Source: Isurus oxyrinchus (taxonomy: Eukaryota). Taken from it: 64,000 nucleotides of DNA. The notes beneath the pieces were generated by a model that saw only the letters and a program-made list of their open reading frames with translations, was not told where the DNA came from and did not search any database. Location of the stretch: contig JANJGN010000047.1 of the NCBI GenBank assembly GCA_026770705.1, positions 3,534,001 through 3,598,000 of the forward strand, given 5' to 3'. A program made the position numbers and the translations under genes. The first letter of the stretch is position 1, and each line of letters begins with the position of its first letter. Shown here piece by piece: positions 62,210-64,000 of this stretch.

Positions 62210-64000
62210 TAATAATAATGTTATTATTATTAGCACTAATAATAATAATTATTATTGATAATAATAACATCAGCAAGAGGCCATTAATTAAAGCTAATAA
62301 TTACTATTCATGATGATAATAAGAACATCAGGAAGAGGCCATTAATATAAACTAATAATTAGTATTCAACATGATAATAACAGTAGAAAGAGGCCATTAA
62401 TATAAGCTAATAATTATTAGTCATGATGAGATAATAACATCAGCAAGAGGCCAAAAATAAAAGCTAATAATTATTATTATCAACGATGATAATAATATCG
62501 TCAGCAAGAGGTCATTAATAAAAGCTAATAATGATTATTGTTAATGATGATAATAATAACGTCAGCAAGAGGCCATTAATAAAAGCTAATAATTATTATT
62601 ATTAATGATGATAATAATAACGTCAGCAAGAGGCCATTACTAAAATCTAATAATTATTAATATAAATAATAACGTCAGCAACAGGCCATTAATAAAAGCT
62701 AATAATTATTCTTATTAATGATGATAATAATAACGTCAGCAAGAGGCCATTAATATAAGCTAATTTTCATTATTATTAATGATGGTAATAATAACGTCAG
62801 CAAGAGGCCATTAATATAAGGTAATAATGATTATTATCAATGGCGATAATTATGATGTCAGCAAGAAACCATTAATATAAGGTAATAATTATTATTATTA
62901 ATGATGACAATAATAACGTCAGCAAGAGGCCATTAATAAAAGCTAATAATTATTATTATTACTGATAATAATAACGTCAGCAAGAGGCCATTAATAAAAG
63001 CTAATAATAATTATTATTAATGATGATAATAATAACGACAGCAAGAGGCCATTAATAAAAGCTAATAATAATAATTATCAATGATGATAATAATAACGTC
63101 AGCAAGAGGCCATTACTATAAAGTAATAATGATTATTATTAATGGTGATAATTATGACGTCAGCAAGAAGCCATTAGTATAAGGTAATAATTATTATTAT
63201 TAATGATGAAAGTAATAACGTCAGCAAGAAGCCATTAATATAAGGTAATAATAATTATTATTAATGATGACAATAATAACGTCAGCAAGAGGCCATTAAT
63301 AAAAGCTAATAATTATTATTATTACTGATAATAATAACGTCAGCAAGAGGCCATTAATAAAAGCTAATAAGTATTATTATTACTGATAATAATAACGTCA
63401 GCAAGAGGCCATTAATAAAAGCTAATAATAATTATTATTAATGATGATAATAATAACGACAGCAAGAGGCCAATATTAAAAGCTAATAATAATAATTATT
63501 AATGATGATAATAAGAACGTCAACAAGAGGCCATTAATATAAGCTAATAATATATATTATTAATGATGGTAATAATAACGTCAGCAAGAAACCATTAATA
63601 TAAGGTAATAATGATTATTATTAATGGTGATAATTATGACGTCAGCCAGAAGCCATTAATATAAGGTAATAATTATTATTAATGATGAAAGTAATAACGT
63701 CAGCATGAAGCCATTAATATAAGGTAATAATAATTATTATTAATGATGACATTAATAACGTCAGCAAGAAGCCATTAATAAAAGCTAATAATTATTATTA
63801 TTACTGATAATAATAACGTCAGCAAGAGGCCATTAATAAAAGCTAATAATAATAATTATTAATGATGATAATAATAACGTCAGCAAGAGGCTATTAATAT
63901 AAGCTAATAATTATTATTACTAATGATGATAATAACGTCAGCAAGAGGCCATTAATATAAGCTAATAATTATTATTACTAATGATGATAATAACGTCAGC
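62210..64000 (+). repeat. AT-rich ~60-bp tandem satellite, ~29 copies, continues past the window end
   Basis: Monomer aataataacgtcagcaagaggccattaataaaagctaataattattattattaatgatgat, 58-61 bp. Confidence 0.97.

Noticed and set aside
62210-64000. CRISPR-like regular repeat
   Set aside because: Inter-core sequences are near-identical rather than unique spacers; eukaryotic context; no cas genes

Overview
Eukaryotic, repeat-rich genomic DNA, most likely from a cartilaginous fish (inferred from elasmobranch-type CR1, L2, RTE, DeuSINE and Penelope repeats). The host-gene content is a cluster of two-exon orphan class-A GPCRs of the GPR139/GPR142-like family. Copy A (-, 2268-8418) has a frameshift and a stop in the DRF motif. 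Copy B (-, 22801-26023) has two in-frame stops. Copy C (+, 35931-38456) has an intact large exon but a stop in exon 1 and an AG>TG acceptor change. Copy D (+, ~52360-52820) is a heavily decayed fragment. The ~70-nt first exons are missed by the ORF track. Copies A and B carry an exactly spaced promoter footprint (forkhead-like, TAACTAA, C/EBP-like) followed by an O/E(EBF)-like site and a TATA box; copy C carries a partial version. Interleaved with the receptors is a decayed tRNA-gene array (Ser, Gly, Ile and Asp pseudogenes plus duplicated spacer units). Also present: a Gmr1-type gypsy element (IN before RT), a Ty1/copia fragment, Penelope-like pieces with a hammerhead-like motif, a CR1 with esterase ORF1, solo LTRs, a CpG-island promoter bracketed by a perfect 30-bp inverted repeat, three minisatellites, and an AT-rich ~60-bp satellite running off the right end. 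No clearly intact protein-coding gene or functional tRNA is evident. All calls are from manual reading; repeat boundaries are approximate.
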